A stretch of 64,000 bases of DNA from a virus: positions 20,720 through 84,719 of the IMG/VR virus record IMGVR_UViG_3300046542_000332; one strand, given 5' to 3'. The position numbers were made by a program, and so were the translations under genes. How positions within the stretch are numbered: position 1 is the stretch's first letter; the number at the start of each line of letters is the position of its first letter. The notes below the pieces were generated by a model. That model was given only the letters and a program-made list of their open reading frames with translations. It was not told the origin of the DNA and did not search any database. Of the stretch, positions 55,409 through 64,000 are shown piece after piece.

Positions 55409-55767
55409 AAACCGAATAACTCCTGATCGATCACCGCCGTGGCCGCTGCGCACTGGTCACCGCCCGTTCGATCCCGCAACAGCTGATTGGCCGCCGCATA
55501 GTGTGGCTGGGCCTCTTGCTGCGCCACCCCCTGCGCCTTTTTGGCCAAGGCTTCGCGCTCATTACCCAAGCTCACCAACTCGCCCAACTTCAACCCTTGC
55601 TCGGTGGCCAGCGCTTCCAGGTTGTCGCGCCCGCTGATGGCGTTGGCCAGCTCCCCGTTAGCCGTATCCAGTAGAGGCTGGAAGTGGCGGTAACCCTGGT
55701 AAGCGCCAACACAAACGCCAATGCTCAGCAGTAGACACACAGCTAGCGCTTTAACTTCAAAACTCAT
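55405..55767 (-). CDS. Inner-membrane spanin (i-spanin)
   Basis: N-terminal TM, coiled coil, GGD.C.AA..VIDQEL. Confidence 0.8.
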   Translation of the reverse strand: MSFEVKALAVCLLLSIGVCVGAYQGYRHFQPLLDTANGELANAISGRDNLEALATEQGLKLGELVSLGNEREALAKKAQGVAQQEAQPHYAAANQLLRDRTGGDQCAAATAVIDQELFGL

Positions 55768-55772
55768 TAGCG

Positions 55773-56099
55773 TTAACTCTCCCAGTCCGGAAGGTCGACG
55801 GTCTGGCCGGCCAGCTCGTGCGTGCAATCACTCAGGAATTGAATACGCCCGCCTGTGACGAACGAGTGGCAAACCCGCTCTGTTCGCCATTCCTTGAACT
55901 CTTCGCCGGCGTTTGGGTTCGCCGGGTACCGGACAAGGATCGAAGGCGTGAAGGTCGGTTGCTCGGCGTTGCCGTCCCAGCCCCAGCGTGGACCGGCGCC
56001 GGCGCCGTACTGAATGGCATGTGAGCCATCGCAGCCAGGGCACCAGAACATCAAGGCATTGCCGGGGCCGCCCCGCAGCACGCTGGACAGGTAATTCAT
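55773..56099 (-). CDS. DUF6527-like Cys/His metal-binding protein
   Basis: ATG 56099; WCPGC...H, W.W.G..E.PTFTPSIL, CHSFV..G.I.FL.DCTH.LAGQTV. Confidence 0.75.
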   Translation of the reverse strand: MNYLSSVLRGGPGNALMFWCPGCDGSHAIQYGAGAGPRWGWDGNAEQPTFTPSILVRYPANPNAGEEFKEWRTERVCHSFVTGGRIQFLSDCTHELAGQTVDLPDWES

Positions 56100-56539
56100 G
56101 GTACGTTCTTGAAAAAGACGTGCTGCCCCAACTTGAGGGTCTGCGTGGCGCCCTTGATCCAAGTTGGTGGCTTGGGCATGGTGGTCGCGTAGTAGTGGGT
56201 CGCACCCCCGGTTGGATCCGGTACCGAACCGTTCACCACAGCGGTGGCCGCTGCCAGCGCCTTCTTGTATTCGCCCGCCGGGATCGGCTTGGCGCCACGC
56301 AGATAAGGCGAGTTCGGATCGTTGGCGTTCCAGCAACTGAACTGCCAAGGCTTCTGGCACACGCCGGCATAACCTTCGCCCCACCAGGATTTGGCCTTGC
56401 CGTCGAACACCCGGTTGCGGATGGTCCACGCCACCGCTTCCATGCCGGCCTGGCTCTCGCCACGCGCTTCGCCCCACAAGGTCCGGGCGAGAATGTCGAT
56501 ATCGTTAACGGTGGCGGTGGTCGGTCTACTGAGCTGCAT
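56096..56539 (-). CDS. Endolysin, SleB/Hydrolase_2 cell wall hydrolase
   Basis: LARTLWGEARGE, NR, QFSCWN, DPTGGATHYY. Confidence 0.92.
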   Translation of the reverse strand: MQLSRPTTATVNDIDILARTLWGEARGESQAGMEAVAWTIRNRVFDGKAKSWWGEGYAGVCQKPWQFSCWNANDPNSPYLRGAKPIPAGEYKKALAAATAVVNGSVPDPTGGATHYYATTMPKPPTWIKGATQTLKLGQHVFFKNVP

Positions 56540-56783
56540 CGGTGTCGTCTCCTTGAATGGTCTTGCTCAGGTAGTGCAGGCCGAGGTTCGCGGCCTTCAC
56601 CACAGCGGAAATAGCGCCATAGACAATCGGGTCAAACGGCGGGTTGTCGGCGTACAGCGTGAGGATCCCCACGGCCGCATCGAGCAGCAGACCGGCCGCA
56701 ATAATCTTGGTGTTGTGCGGCTTGAGCTTCTGGCGCAGGAGGTTTTTCAGGGTGGTCGGCGCGACGGCGTTACTTGCGCTCAT
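56526..56783 (-). CDS. Putative holin
   Basis: ATG 56783; two hydrophobic segments; directly upstream of endolysin. Confidence 0.6.
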   Translation of the reverse strand: MSASNAVAPTTLKNLLRQKLKPHNTKIIAAGLLLDAAVGILTLYADNPPFDPIVYGAISAVVKAANLGLHYLSKTIQGDDTDAAQ

Positions 56784-57096
56784 TGGCCCGATCCTTTTCC
56801 ATCTGCTCAACCTTGAATTCCAGGCGAGCGGTGCGCTTCTCGCCCGAGGCCTGCTCGGTACGCAGTTCGGTGGAAGTCGCTTCCAGCCGGCGAACATCGT
56901 TCTGCACCAGCGCCATGTCCCGCGAGCTTTGGTTGACGGTGTTCTGAATGTTGTCGAGCTTGGTCGTGATGCTGCTACACACGCCGATCAGCAGCGCCGC
57001 GCCCAAGGCCTGAGCCAGGCCAAAGCCCATCTTGGCTATCGGGGTATCCATAAAACGCTGCACGTCAGCGGCCATATCGTTGTCCCATCTGGTCAT
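56770..57096 (-). CDS. Single-TM coiled-coil lysis protein (holin/antiholin-like)
   Basis: One TM helix then coiled coil; first gene of lysis operon. Confidence 0.55.
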   Translation of the reverse strand: MTRWDNDMAADVQRFMDTPIAKMGFGLAQALGAALLIGVCSSITTKLDNIQNTVNQSSRDMALVQNDVRRLEATSTELRTEQASGEKRTARLEFKVEQMEKDRANERK

Positions 57097-57110
57097 GGTG
57101 AATTACCGAT

Positions 57111-57152
57111 ATTGTCTATGGCTTTGTGCCAGCCCTCCGTGGCCGGTTTGCG
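57111..57152 (-). promoter_or_regulatory. Putative late promoter (CGCAAA-N30-GACAAT)
   Basis: Exact 30-nt spacer upstream of lysis operon. Confidence 0.7.
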
Positions 57153-57156
57153 TGAT

Positions 57157-57405
57157 TCAGCGGCCTTTTTGGGCCAGGATCTGCGCGACATTGCCTACAG
57201 ATTTAATGATGGCGTCCAACCGATTCAGCTCAGCCTGGACGGCCTTGTTTTCGTTCTCACGGCCGCTCTTCCAGTTGCTGAAAGGCTTGCTGTCGAACAG
57301 TTTGCGTACGCGGGTATCGGTGAGCTTGCCGCACTGCACCAGATCCTGGCCGAAGTACAGCGCCAGCTCGGCGCGGACATCGTTATACGACTGCCATAAG
57401 TGCAC
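57157..57405 (-). CDS. Hypothetical tail assembly protein (possible +1 frameshift extension of upstream gene)
   Basis: Overlaps upstream ORF by 23 nt; weak GTG start. Confidence 0.55.
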   Translation of the reverse strand: MHLWQSYNDVRAELALYFGQDLVQCGKLTDTRVRKLFDSKPFSNWKSGRENENKAVQAELNRLDAIIKSVGNVAQILAQKGR

Positions 57406-58141
57406 GCGCCCCTGGGCTGATGCAGGAATGGGCAGGAAAGCAGGCCGGTGCTAACTCTGGCTCCCCCTCTGGCCGCTCCGACACCGGCGCCGCGACAACG
57501 CCGAACGAACTGGTCACCGCGTGCACCAGGTGCGCCCCGCGTTGTTGAGCGAGCTGGAAGGCTTGAAACATTTCCACGAATTCAGACGCGGCCAGCTTGC
57601 GGTGGCGGTCGATACGCTTCACCAGCCAGGATTCATATTGGGCGTCGTCGATGTAGGGCTCGGGCGCTTCATTGGCGCCGCGCACACAGGCCGCCATGGC
57701 TGCGCACCACCAGCTGAAATCGGTTTTCTTGTAGGTGCCGCTGGCAATCAGCGATTCGATGATCTCGGCCTGGTAACCCAACAGCGGGGTGTACAGCGCA
57801 TGGTTGCCGTCAAAGGTGAACTCGATATCACCGACAAAATCGGTATCGGCCAGCAGGTAGTCGCTAAAGCGCCCATCGCCCACCGGGAAATCAGGGCCAT
57901 CGTCACGGGTGGCGGCCATGTAGCTGGCGACCACGAACATGCGCTCATTCACGGACCAGTGACGCGGATCGGCCACCGCGCCGGTACGATCGATCGGTTT
58001 GCAGACGCGGCGCAACAGCTCGCTGAGAGTGCGTTGCTCATAGACGGCCGGGATTTCACACAGCTTTTCCACGTCCTCAATGAGCATTTCCGACATTTCT
58101 ACCGAGATACGGCGCGTGTTGATCGGGTTGATATATTTCAT
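57383..58141 (-). CDS. Tail/baseplate assembly protein (P1 PmgB position)
   Basis: DPRHWSVNER; synteny pmgC-tub-pmgB. Confidence 0.55.
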   Translation of the reverse strand: MKYINPINTRRISVEMSEMLIEDVEKLCEIPAVYEQRTLSELLRRVCKPIDRTGAVADPRHWSVNERMFVVASYMAATRDDGPDFPVGDGRFSDYLLADTDFVGDIEFTFDGNHALYTPLLGYQAEIIESLIASGTYKKTDFSWWCAAMAACVRGANEAPEPYIDDAQYESWLVKRIDRHRKLAASEFVEMFQAFQLAQQRGAHLVHAVTSSFGVVAAPVSERPEGEPELAPACFPAHSCISPGARALMAVV

Positions 58142-58845
58142 AGCGTTCCGAATGAGTCATGTTGGGTAAATGACAGGTTGAGCGCGGTGAATTCGTCGGT
58201 GCTGCGCGACAGGCTGACCTCGCACGACACGGGCAGTAGCACCCAGCTTTTGGAGTACCCGCGCCCCTCTTCAATGGCGCCATGGGTCACGGTGATGGTG
58301 TTGGCGTAGTCGGTCGGCAGGCCAAAGGTGCCGTCAGGGTGCGCAGCCAGGGTGGCCAGCTTGTCGAACCAGGTTTTGATTTCCCCTTCGACGTCGTAAC
58401 AGACGATGCGCAGCTCGGCCGGATCGGCGCCGGTCGGCGCTTGCGTGAAACCGGAACCGATCTTGACCGGCTCATAACCCAGCTGGACGGAGTTAAACGA
58501 CACCTCGGTGGCCAGCAGGTTGACGCGCGGCGCCGACAGCTTGCCCACCGGCTCGATGCCGATATGCCACAGGTTGGTGCGCTCGCGCTGGACGCTCATG
58601 GCCTCTTCGAACATCTGGAGCTGCTTGTCCCAGGACACGCCCGCCAGCACGACGTTACCGCCGTCGGAGAAAGTGCTTGTTCGGCCAAAAATGTTATCGA
58701 GCATGCCATTGGCGGCGCCGCTCAGATTGCCCCCCAGCAGGTTGCGGGCCACGCTGGTGTACTTGAGCATTTTATTGTTCAAGCCCAGCTTGGGCGTGAC
58801 CGACTCAATCCCCTGGTACGCCAGCCGTTCGAAGATGTTGGCCAT
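58138..58845 (-). CDS. Tube-like baseplate protein (P1 Tub-like)
   Basis: YEPVKIGSG...PT...P, WF......HPDGT..LP..Y, EF....F..H. Confidence 0.7.
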   Translation of the reverse strand: MANIFERLAYQGIESVTPKLGLNNKMLKYTSVARNLLGGNLSGAANGMLDNIFGRTSTFSDGGNVVLAGVSWDKQLQMFEEAMSVQRERTNLWHIGIEPVGKLSAPRVNLLATEVSFNSVQLGYEPVKIGSGFTQAPTGADPAELRIVCYDVEGEIKTWFDKLATLAAHPDGTFGLPTDYANTITVTHGAIEEGRGYSKSWVLLPVSCEVSLSRSTDEFTALNLSFTQHDSFGTL

Positions 58846-59252
58846 TAGATCGACCTCACTTCATAGGAGAATGTCAGCTGAGGCAGGCTGCGCTCATAGT
58901 CCAGGATCGATTGCTTGACCTCGGGCGTAGAGCGGCCGTAGGGGTCCGCGCCCTGGCTTCTGGAGGCTTCCAGGGCCATGGCGTTCTCGTGCTCGATGTA
59001 CAGCAGCCACAGCGGGCGGATGATCGCCAGTTCGCTGTGCGTGATGTCGACGTCTACAGCGACCGGGGTGGATCCGCTGGCGTCGTCAAGGACACTGTGC
59101 ACGTCGTCGACCGACTGGGCGCTGGTCAGGCGGGCATATCCGCAATACTGGCGCACGGCATCGCGCAGGTGACGGGTGATCTGCTCTTCTGTCAGCACAC
59201 AGCCAATCGGCAGCTCAGTGGTGTACTGGTCGACTAATTGGCTGATTTTCAT
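58845..59252 (-). CDS. Head-tail adaptor-like protein (P1 PmgC position)
   Basis: ATG 59252; synteny. Confidence 0.5.
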   Translation of the reverse strand: MKISQLVDQYTTELPIGCVLTEEQITRHLRDAVRQYCGYARLTSAQSVDDVHSVLDDASGSTPVAVDVDITHSELAIIRPLWLLYIEHENAMALEASRSQGADPYGRSTPEVKQSILDYERSLPQLTFSYEVRSI

Positions 59253-59254
59253 GA

Positions 59255-59728
59255 TTACTGGTTCGCAAACCAGTGGATGGTCATGGTGCCGGCCAGGATG
59301 AACACCTGCATGTCGTTCTCCCAATCGCGATCAGGGGTGTCCATCACCAGCACGCAGTTTTTGTAATCTTCTTTCTTGGTGTAATCGTCCGGGCGGCCGG
59401 CGTACACGGTGCAATCGAACTGCGCGCCGCTGAGGATCAGCTGTTTCAGGAACTCGCCCGCTTTGTTCTCGCGGGTTTCGTAAATCTGAATCGGGCCTTC
59501 CTGCATGGTCTTGTTTTGGCTTGGCTGGCCCATCTTCTGGCCCAAGGGACCGAAGGACTCGATCACGCCGCCCGAGGTCGCCACCGCCCATGGGAATTGC
59601 TTACACAGCAACATCATGTCTTCGTAGCCGGCGATCACCATGGTGGCGTCGGCCTGGACAGCCTTGGCGCCCATATCGTTGATGTTTTGAAACGTGCGGC
59701 TCAACACCGACATGCTAGAAACGGTCAT
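59255..59728 (-). CDS. Tail tube protein (P1 BplB-like)
   Basis: 157 aa; AGYED..LL, E.FGP.G.K..Q, G.IQ..ET; has its own late promoter. Confidence 0.7.
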   Translation of the reverse strand: MTVSSMSVLSRTFQNINDMGAKAVQADATMVIAGYEDMMLLCKQFPWAVATSGGVIESFGPLGQKMGQPSQNKTMQEGPIQIYETRENKAGEFLKQLILSGAQFDCTVYAGRPDDYTKKEDYKNCVLVMDTPDRDWENDMQVFILAGTMTIHWFANQ

Positions 59729-59762
59729 AAATCACCTCTGGAGAAATGGACTACTCCGGGCA

Positions 59763-59804
59763 ATCGTCACACGTAAAAACCCCCGCTCCGGGGCGGGGTT
59801 TGCA
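59763..59804 (-). promoter_or_regulatory. Putative late promoter (TGCAAA-N30-GACGAT) overlapping a terminator-like hairpin
   Basis: Exact 30-nt spacer. Confidence 0.75.
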
Positions 59805-59818
59805 GGGTTTTGCAGCGG

Positions 59819-60997
59819 TTAGCGCCCGAAAAAGCGCTTGATGTCCGGCCGGTCCAACGCGGTGAGCGTGGCCATCGACACCTGCACCGGCAGATCGATG
59901 AAATAGCCTTGGGAATTCTTCGGCGCGTCGAGCGGGAGCGTCACGCTTTCGATCACCATGGGCGACCAGGTACGCCCGCCGTAGGTGAAGCCCAGCAGCT
60001 TGGGCGCGGTCGATGGAAACAGCGCCTGAATAAACGACTCGATGTTGGTGGTGGTTTTCAGCACCTCCGACAGGATCCCGTCCGCCGCCAGCTCTTGCGG
60101 GAACACCCACTCAAGCAAGCGCGTCAGCGGCGCCTCGACCTCGGTGAGCGCGTCACTCACTGCCCGGAAATGCAGGGTGAAATTGACTTTCATCGGCGGC
60201 ATGCCCGAAAACACCTGACGGCTATTGAGCTTGGTGATCCCGGTACGGCCTTCCAGGTCGCGCATGATGCTCTTGAGCTTGTCAGAGCCATTGCTGAGGG
60301 TGTCGGCAATCGCGCCCTCCTTGAACGGGGAAATGGCCGCCAGCGCGTTGAGCACCGGCACCAACGAGCCCGATTGCAGCATGCCGGCGAGCGCGGGCGC
60401 CTTGGTTTCCGGGCCAGTGCTCTCAAAGGGGGAAACCCAGTTTTGTTGGATTTCGAGTGAACCCTCTTTCATCGCCCCGTACACGCCGGCGAATTCCGTC
60501 ATGTCGGCCACGCCTTGGGCATTGCAGACAAACAGGCGCACCAGCAACAGGGGCGAGAGCCGGCCCCAGTCGCCACCCAGGTCAGAGCTGAGCGTCTTGA
60601 GCCCCGGTATGTACTCGCCCACCGAGCCCATGAGATTACCCACCAGCGCCTCAGGGTCGGACTTGACGCCACCCACCAGGGCCATCACTTTGTCAGAGGC
60701 CTGATCAACTACCGCGCCTACGGTGGTTTCGCCATTCCACAGGTCCGACACCGTGCCCGACACCGTGCCAATGGCGCCCTCGATGGCCCGGCGGTTGTTG
60801 CTGCCCCCCACCAGGCCGTCAAGAGCGGTCACGCCGCCCTTGAGAATGCCAGAAGCGGCGCCAGCGGCACCGCCCCCTACGAATTTAGTGGCTGACCCTA
60901 GCAGGGTGTTCGACGTGCTACCGGCGACTGTCCCGGTCACACCCTTGATGCTTGCTGAGACGGTTTTGCCCAGGCTATCAAAGCTAAAGTCAGTCAT
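59819..60997 (-). CDS. Baseplate tube initiator (P1 PmgG-like) with Gly/Ser-rich N-terminal extension
   Basis: QNWVSPF, PP.....L.F.A..D...EV, LDAPKNSQGYF. Confidence 0.7.
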   Translation of the reverse strand: MTDFSFDSLGKTVSASIKGVTGTVAGSTSNTLLGSATKFVGGGAAGAASGILKGGVTALDGLVGGSNNRRAIEGAIGTVSGTVSDLWNGETTVGAVVDQASDKVMALVGGVKSDPEALVGNLMGSVGEYIPGLKTLSSDLGGDWGRLSPLLLVRLFVCNAQGVADMTEFAGVYGAMKEGSLEIQQNWVSPFESTGPETKAPALAGMLQSGSLVPVLNALAAISPFKEGAIADTLSNGSDKLKSIMRDLEGRTGITKLNSRQVFSGMPPMKVNFTLHFRAVSDALTEVEAPLTRLLEWVFPQELAADGILSEVLKTTTNIESFIQALFPSTAPKLLGFTYGGRTWSPMVIESVTLPLDAPKNSQGYFIDLPVQVSMATLTALDRPDIKRFFGR

Positions 60998-61001
60998 GGT
61001 C

Positions 61002-61736
61002 TTACTTGCCGATCAGACGTTGGCGCAAGCGCATGGACTTGGCGCGTTTCATCTTCGCTTGGCCCGAGAAGGCTTTGCGCTGCATCTTGCGCACGGCGCC
61101 TTTCTGCGCAGCGGTCAGGCGGACGGTGCCGCTGATACGCTTCTTGATGCGAACCTTCTTGCCGCCACGGACGGCCACGACCTTTTTGTAAACCGCGTCC
61201 ATCATTTCGTCATCATCGCCGCTGACAAACTTGTCGGCGTCATCGAGCATGGCGTCCTCGCCCTGCGGCATCTTGTCGAGCAGCGCATCGTGAATGCGGG
61301 CGGCCAGGTCGTTGTCTTCCAGGTTGCCACTCAACAGTGCATCCACGTCGGCAGCATCAGCGCCCTTGCCTTCCAGGTAGTCGCCCACCAGTTCGGCCAC
61401 GGTCGCGGCGTAATCGGCTTCGTCGTCCGAGATTTCTTCGTCACCGTCGGTGGCATTGCCCACGATCAGCGCGTACAGACGATCAGCAAAGCCTTCGCCC
61501 TCTCCCAGTTCCGACTCGGCCCACTCGTGAACGATGGCCACGGCATCCTGGCGCATTTCGTCAGTGATCAGGGCGGCCGGCGCGTTCGCCGGATCGATGG
61601 CGTCGAGCATGGCCTGAGCCAAGGGAGTCAGCTCAGGGACTGGCTCGGGAACGATGGCCGGGGCCTGCACTGGCGCGGTGTAGGCCTTATTGATGGCGGC
61701 GCTCGCGGTGAGCACGTTTTTCAGTAGCATTTCCAT
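61002..61736 (-). CDS. P1 gp21-like virion protein
   Basis: Acidic core, very basic C-terminal tail; repeated AMLDA motifs; between sheath and PmgG-like genes. Confidence 0.6.
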   Translation of the reverse strand: MEMLLKNVLTASAAINKAYTAPVQAPAIVPEPVPELTPLAQAMLDAIDPANAPAALITDEMRQDAVAIVHEWAESELGEGEGFADRLYALIVGNATDGDEEISDDEADYAATVAELVGDYLEGKGADAADVDALLSGNLEDNDLAARIHDALLDKMPQGEDAMLDDADKFVSGDDDEMMDAVYKKVVAVRGGKKVRIKKRISGTVRLTAAQKGAVRKMQRKAFSGQAKMKRAKSMRLRQRLIGK

Positions 61737-61746
61737 GAAATTCCCC

Positions 61747-63396
61747 TTAAGTGCGGACGATCGACTGCTGGTTTTCGATAACGCGCGCGGTACCGTCGTA
61801 GCAAATGGCAGTATCGATGTTCATTTTTTCGAATGGCTGATTGGCATTCGCCTGGATGTTCGCCGACCAGCAGGCGCCGTCGAGTTCTGCGCTTGGTTGC
61901 AGCCAGCCCGCCGATTGCAGTGCCGGCAAGAACGTCTGGACGAAATTGGTGGTTTTCTCGATGGCCTTGGCCATTGGCTTCTGCAACGATTCCTGAGCCA
62001 CGGAGGCCAGGGTGTCGTCCACGTAGGTCGCCATTTCAACCACGGCGATCAGCTTGGTCGCGCCTTCGGTCTGCGCACCGGTCAAGGAGTCAACCCAGGC
62101 GTATTTACCGCCGCTGGCGTAGTCCTTGTAGATCACCGGGTTGATGCGGCTGGCGGCCAGATCTTCCATTTCGGTTTCTTCGTCCGGCTCGTAGGTCTGC
62201 TCCATGCTGGTCCGGTTGACGGCGTAGTCAGAACCGGCGATCACCTCGTTTCGCTTGGCGATGCCCTTGGCGTTGGTGATGGCGTTGCGAGCGCAGCGCA
62301 GGCCGATGTTCAGGCCCGAGGTACCCATAAACGCCTTGCCGCCCACGACCGGGTTAGTGGCCTTGATAGGCGCCCAGTAGCATTGGCTGTACAGGCTGTC
62401 AGTGGCGCCGCCTACAGATTCGTAGAAGGTGATCGCGGCCGCTGGCGTGAAGCGGCCAGGGATGTCCCATACCACTTGCTTGTTGATGTCCTTGCCCAGG
62501 TCCAGCAGGCGGGAAATCAGGGCCAGGCTTTCGGTACCGCCGCCACCGATGTAGGTAAAGGACGGCTTGGCGCGCTTGATACGATCAACCGCCGCGTCCA
62601 GGTCTTCGGTGCTATACAGCGTGGCGCCTTCGGTGAAGTACGACAGGGTGGCCGAACTGTAGATGTCCTTACCGCTGGCCTTGCCGTAGAACACGCAGGC
62701 GACCGGTACCGAGGCGTCAGGGTGAACGTCCACAACCTGCAACAGGTCGGTGTACAGCTCCACGATGTCGCCGATGTAATAGCTCTGGCCGAACTCATCG
62801 AGCGCCGCCGGATCGAGCGAGCCCTTGTAAGGGCCGAGAACGATGGCGTTGGTGGCCACGTCGCGCAGTTGCAGGGTGATGATTTTGGACGCCGCCGGGT
62901 CGCCTTGGGCGTCGGTGGCCGCATCAGCATGAATCTCAGCCTTCACGCCGTCCGAGAAGCATTCCAAGTGCTTGATGGCGATCAGGTAGCTACCGGTCGC
63001 GCCGGTTTCTTCGTCCACCAGGCTCCATACCACCGGGGCTGGCTGGCCTTCTGCGGGAGCGACAGCGGCGGTGGCCACCATCAGCTTGTTTTCAGCGTCC
63101 GCACTCACCAGGCGGGACACGACGGCCTGCACGGTGCCGGACTTGAGGGCTTCGTAGATGTGCACATACGGCTCACCCAGCGCGCTCACCGACAGCGACT
63201 GCGCCGCGCCCAAGGTGCGTTTTTGCTTGTTACGCGATACCGCGAACGCTTTATCGATACGCCCACGGGCGAAACGGCCAACGATGGCCATGTTATGCGC
63301 CACGGTGCTGACACTCGGAATTTCCGACATGTCATTGATTGGGTTGACTTGAACGCCAGACCGCTTATTAACCGTGCGGGAAAAAGGGATGGTCAT
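61747..63396 (-). CDS. Contractile tail sheath protein (P1 gp22-like)
   Basis: 549 aa; GRFARGRIDKAF.V, LAASRINPV, YDG.AR. Confidence 0.85.
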   Translation of the reverse strand: MTIPFSRTVNKRSGVQVNPINDMSEIPSVSTVAHNMAIVGRFARGRIDKAFAVSRNKQKRTLGAAQSLSVSALGEPYVHIYEALKSGTVQAVVSRLVSADAENKLMVATAAVAPAEGQPAPVVWSLVDEETGATGSYLIAIKHLECFSDGVKAEIHADAATDAQGDPAASKIITLQLRDVATNAIVLGPYKGSLDPAALDEFGQSYYIGDIVELYTDLLQVVDVHPDASVPVACVFYGKASGKDIYSSATLSYFTEGATLYSTEDLDAAVDRIKRAKPSFTYIGGGGTESLALISRLLDLGKDINKQVVWDIPGRFTPAAAITFYESVGGATDSLYSQCYWAPIKATNPVVGGKAFMGTSGLNIGLRCARNAITNAKGIAKRNEVIAGSDYAVNRTSMEQTYEPDEETEMEDLAASRINPVIYKDYASGGKYAWVDSLTGAQTEGATKLIAVVEMATYVDDTLASVAQESLQKPMAKAIEKTTNFVQTFLPALQSAGWLQPSAELDGACWSANIQANANQPFEKMNIDTAICYDGTARVIENQQSIVRT

Positions 63397-63728
63397 TACT
63401 TGGCCTCCACGGCTTTAGTCTTGCCCTTGGTTTCAGCTGGCACTTCCGGCGCGACCAGAACGGCGAAGTCGTCGGCATCGTTGTCGGCGCGGTGCGCCAG
63501 CTCAGCCAGATCCGTGACCAACAGCCAGGCCTGGTCAAAACTCTTGACCTTCACGCTGACCGGCTCACCGGGCGCAATCGGGGTATTGATGCCCGAGGAC
63601 GGGACCACCAATGGTTTGTTGTGCTTGTGCGTCAGAGACGCCACAAACGGCAATGCCTGACCGGCCACCAACTTTTCAGCCAGTGGGCGCGGGGCGCTGC
63701 CAGATTTTCGATTAATCGTTACGGTCAT
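63396..63728 (-). CDS. Hypothetical virion protein
   Basis: 110 aa coupled to sheath gene. Confidence 0.65.
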   Translation of the reverse strand: MTVTINRKSGSAPRPLAEKLVAGQALPFVASLTHKHNKPLVVPSSGINTPIAPGEPVSVKVKSFDQAWLLVTDLAELAHRADNDADDFAVLVAPEVPAETKGKTKAVEAK

Positions 63729-64000
63729 ATTTCACCTGCAAGCCTCTGAAGTTGTCCCACTTATGCGCCCGCGCACTGCTGATCAGCGCTTTGGCGAGCT
63801 TGGCGAACTGCTCCTGAGATACCTCAACCACCGCCTGCTGATAAGGGAGCAGGGCGACGTTTGCGCCTGCTACCGCAATGCGGTTTCGGGTGTTGTTATC
63901 CAGGGTGACAGTGGCCGGAAACTCGCTGATTTCAGGGAGCGCCCACCCGTTCAAAGTTACGGCACTCGCGGTGCCCTCTTCGGCCGTGGTTTGCGTGGTT
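63712..64000 (-). CDS. Hypothetical protein, begins beyond window end
   Basis: Frame remains open from 63954 to the window edge. Confidence 0.55.
   Translation of the reverse strand, partial: TTQTTAEEGTASAVTLNGWALPEISEFPATVTLDNNTRNRIAVAGANVALLPYQQAVVEVSQEQFAKLAKALISSARAHKWDNFRGLQVKYDRND

Larger units (their letters stand above)
1..64000. mobile_element. P1-like temperate myophage genome (partial; no boundaries in window)
   Basis: Continuous phage genes: portal, head protease, terminases, sheath, tube, baseplate, fibres, lysis, integrase, replication; no host housekeeping operons. Confidence 0.95.

Noticed and set aside
61690-63660. Long plus-strand ORFs (656 aa here; also 5102-6469, 44293-45378, 60723-61727)
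   Set aside because: Antisense shadows of GC-rich minus-strand genes with recognisable products; no motifs or RBS

Overview
The whole 64 kb window is the interior of one temperate myovirus genome with P1-like (Punavirus-type) virion genes. The host is probably a Pseudomonas, judged from the GC-rich codon usage and the yejK, rdgC and NinX gene set. No host chromosomal genes, rRNA, tRNA or CRISPR array were seen. Almost all genes are on the minus strand. Layout: 1-15945 baseplate, tail fibres, tape measure, head protease and portal; 16.5-22 kb two self-contained receptor-binding enzyme cassettes (a beta-helix tailspike and an SGNH esterase); 22-50 kb early/accessory genes with the terminase pair and a replication initiator; 50.4-55.1 kb a plus-strand ssb-rdgC-integrase block; 55.1-57.1 kb lysis genes; 57.1-64 kb tail tube and sheath genes. 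P1 gene names are assigned from recalled sequence similarity plus synteny, not from a database search. The most notable signals read directly from the DNA are: (1) a late-promoter grammar YGCAAA-N30-(-10 hexamer) in front of eight virion/lysis operons; (2) an asymmetric operator-like repeat, GTATAGGGATA, upstream of regulators, ssb and a tail gene; (3) an intact but Walker-A-dead paralogue of the terminase ATPase domain directly upstream of the real large terminase; (4) a roughly 500-nt highly structured non-coding region upstream of the small terminase; (5) a probable antisense RNA over the leader of the replication operon; (6) a 48-bp duplicated palindromic promoter heading the two receptor-binding cassettes.
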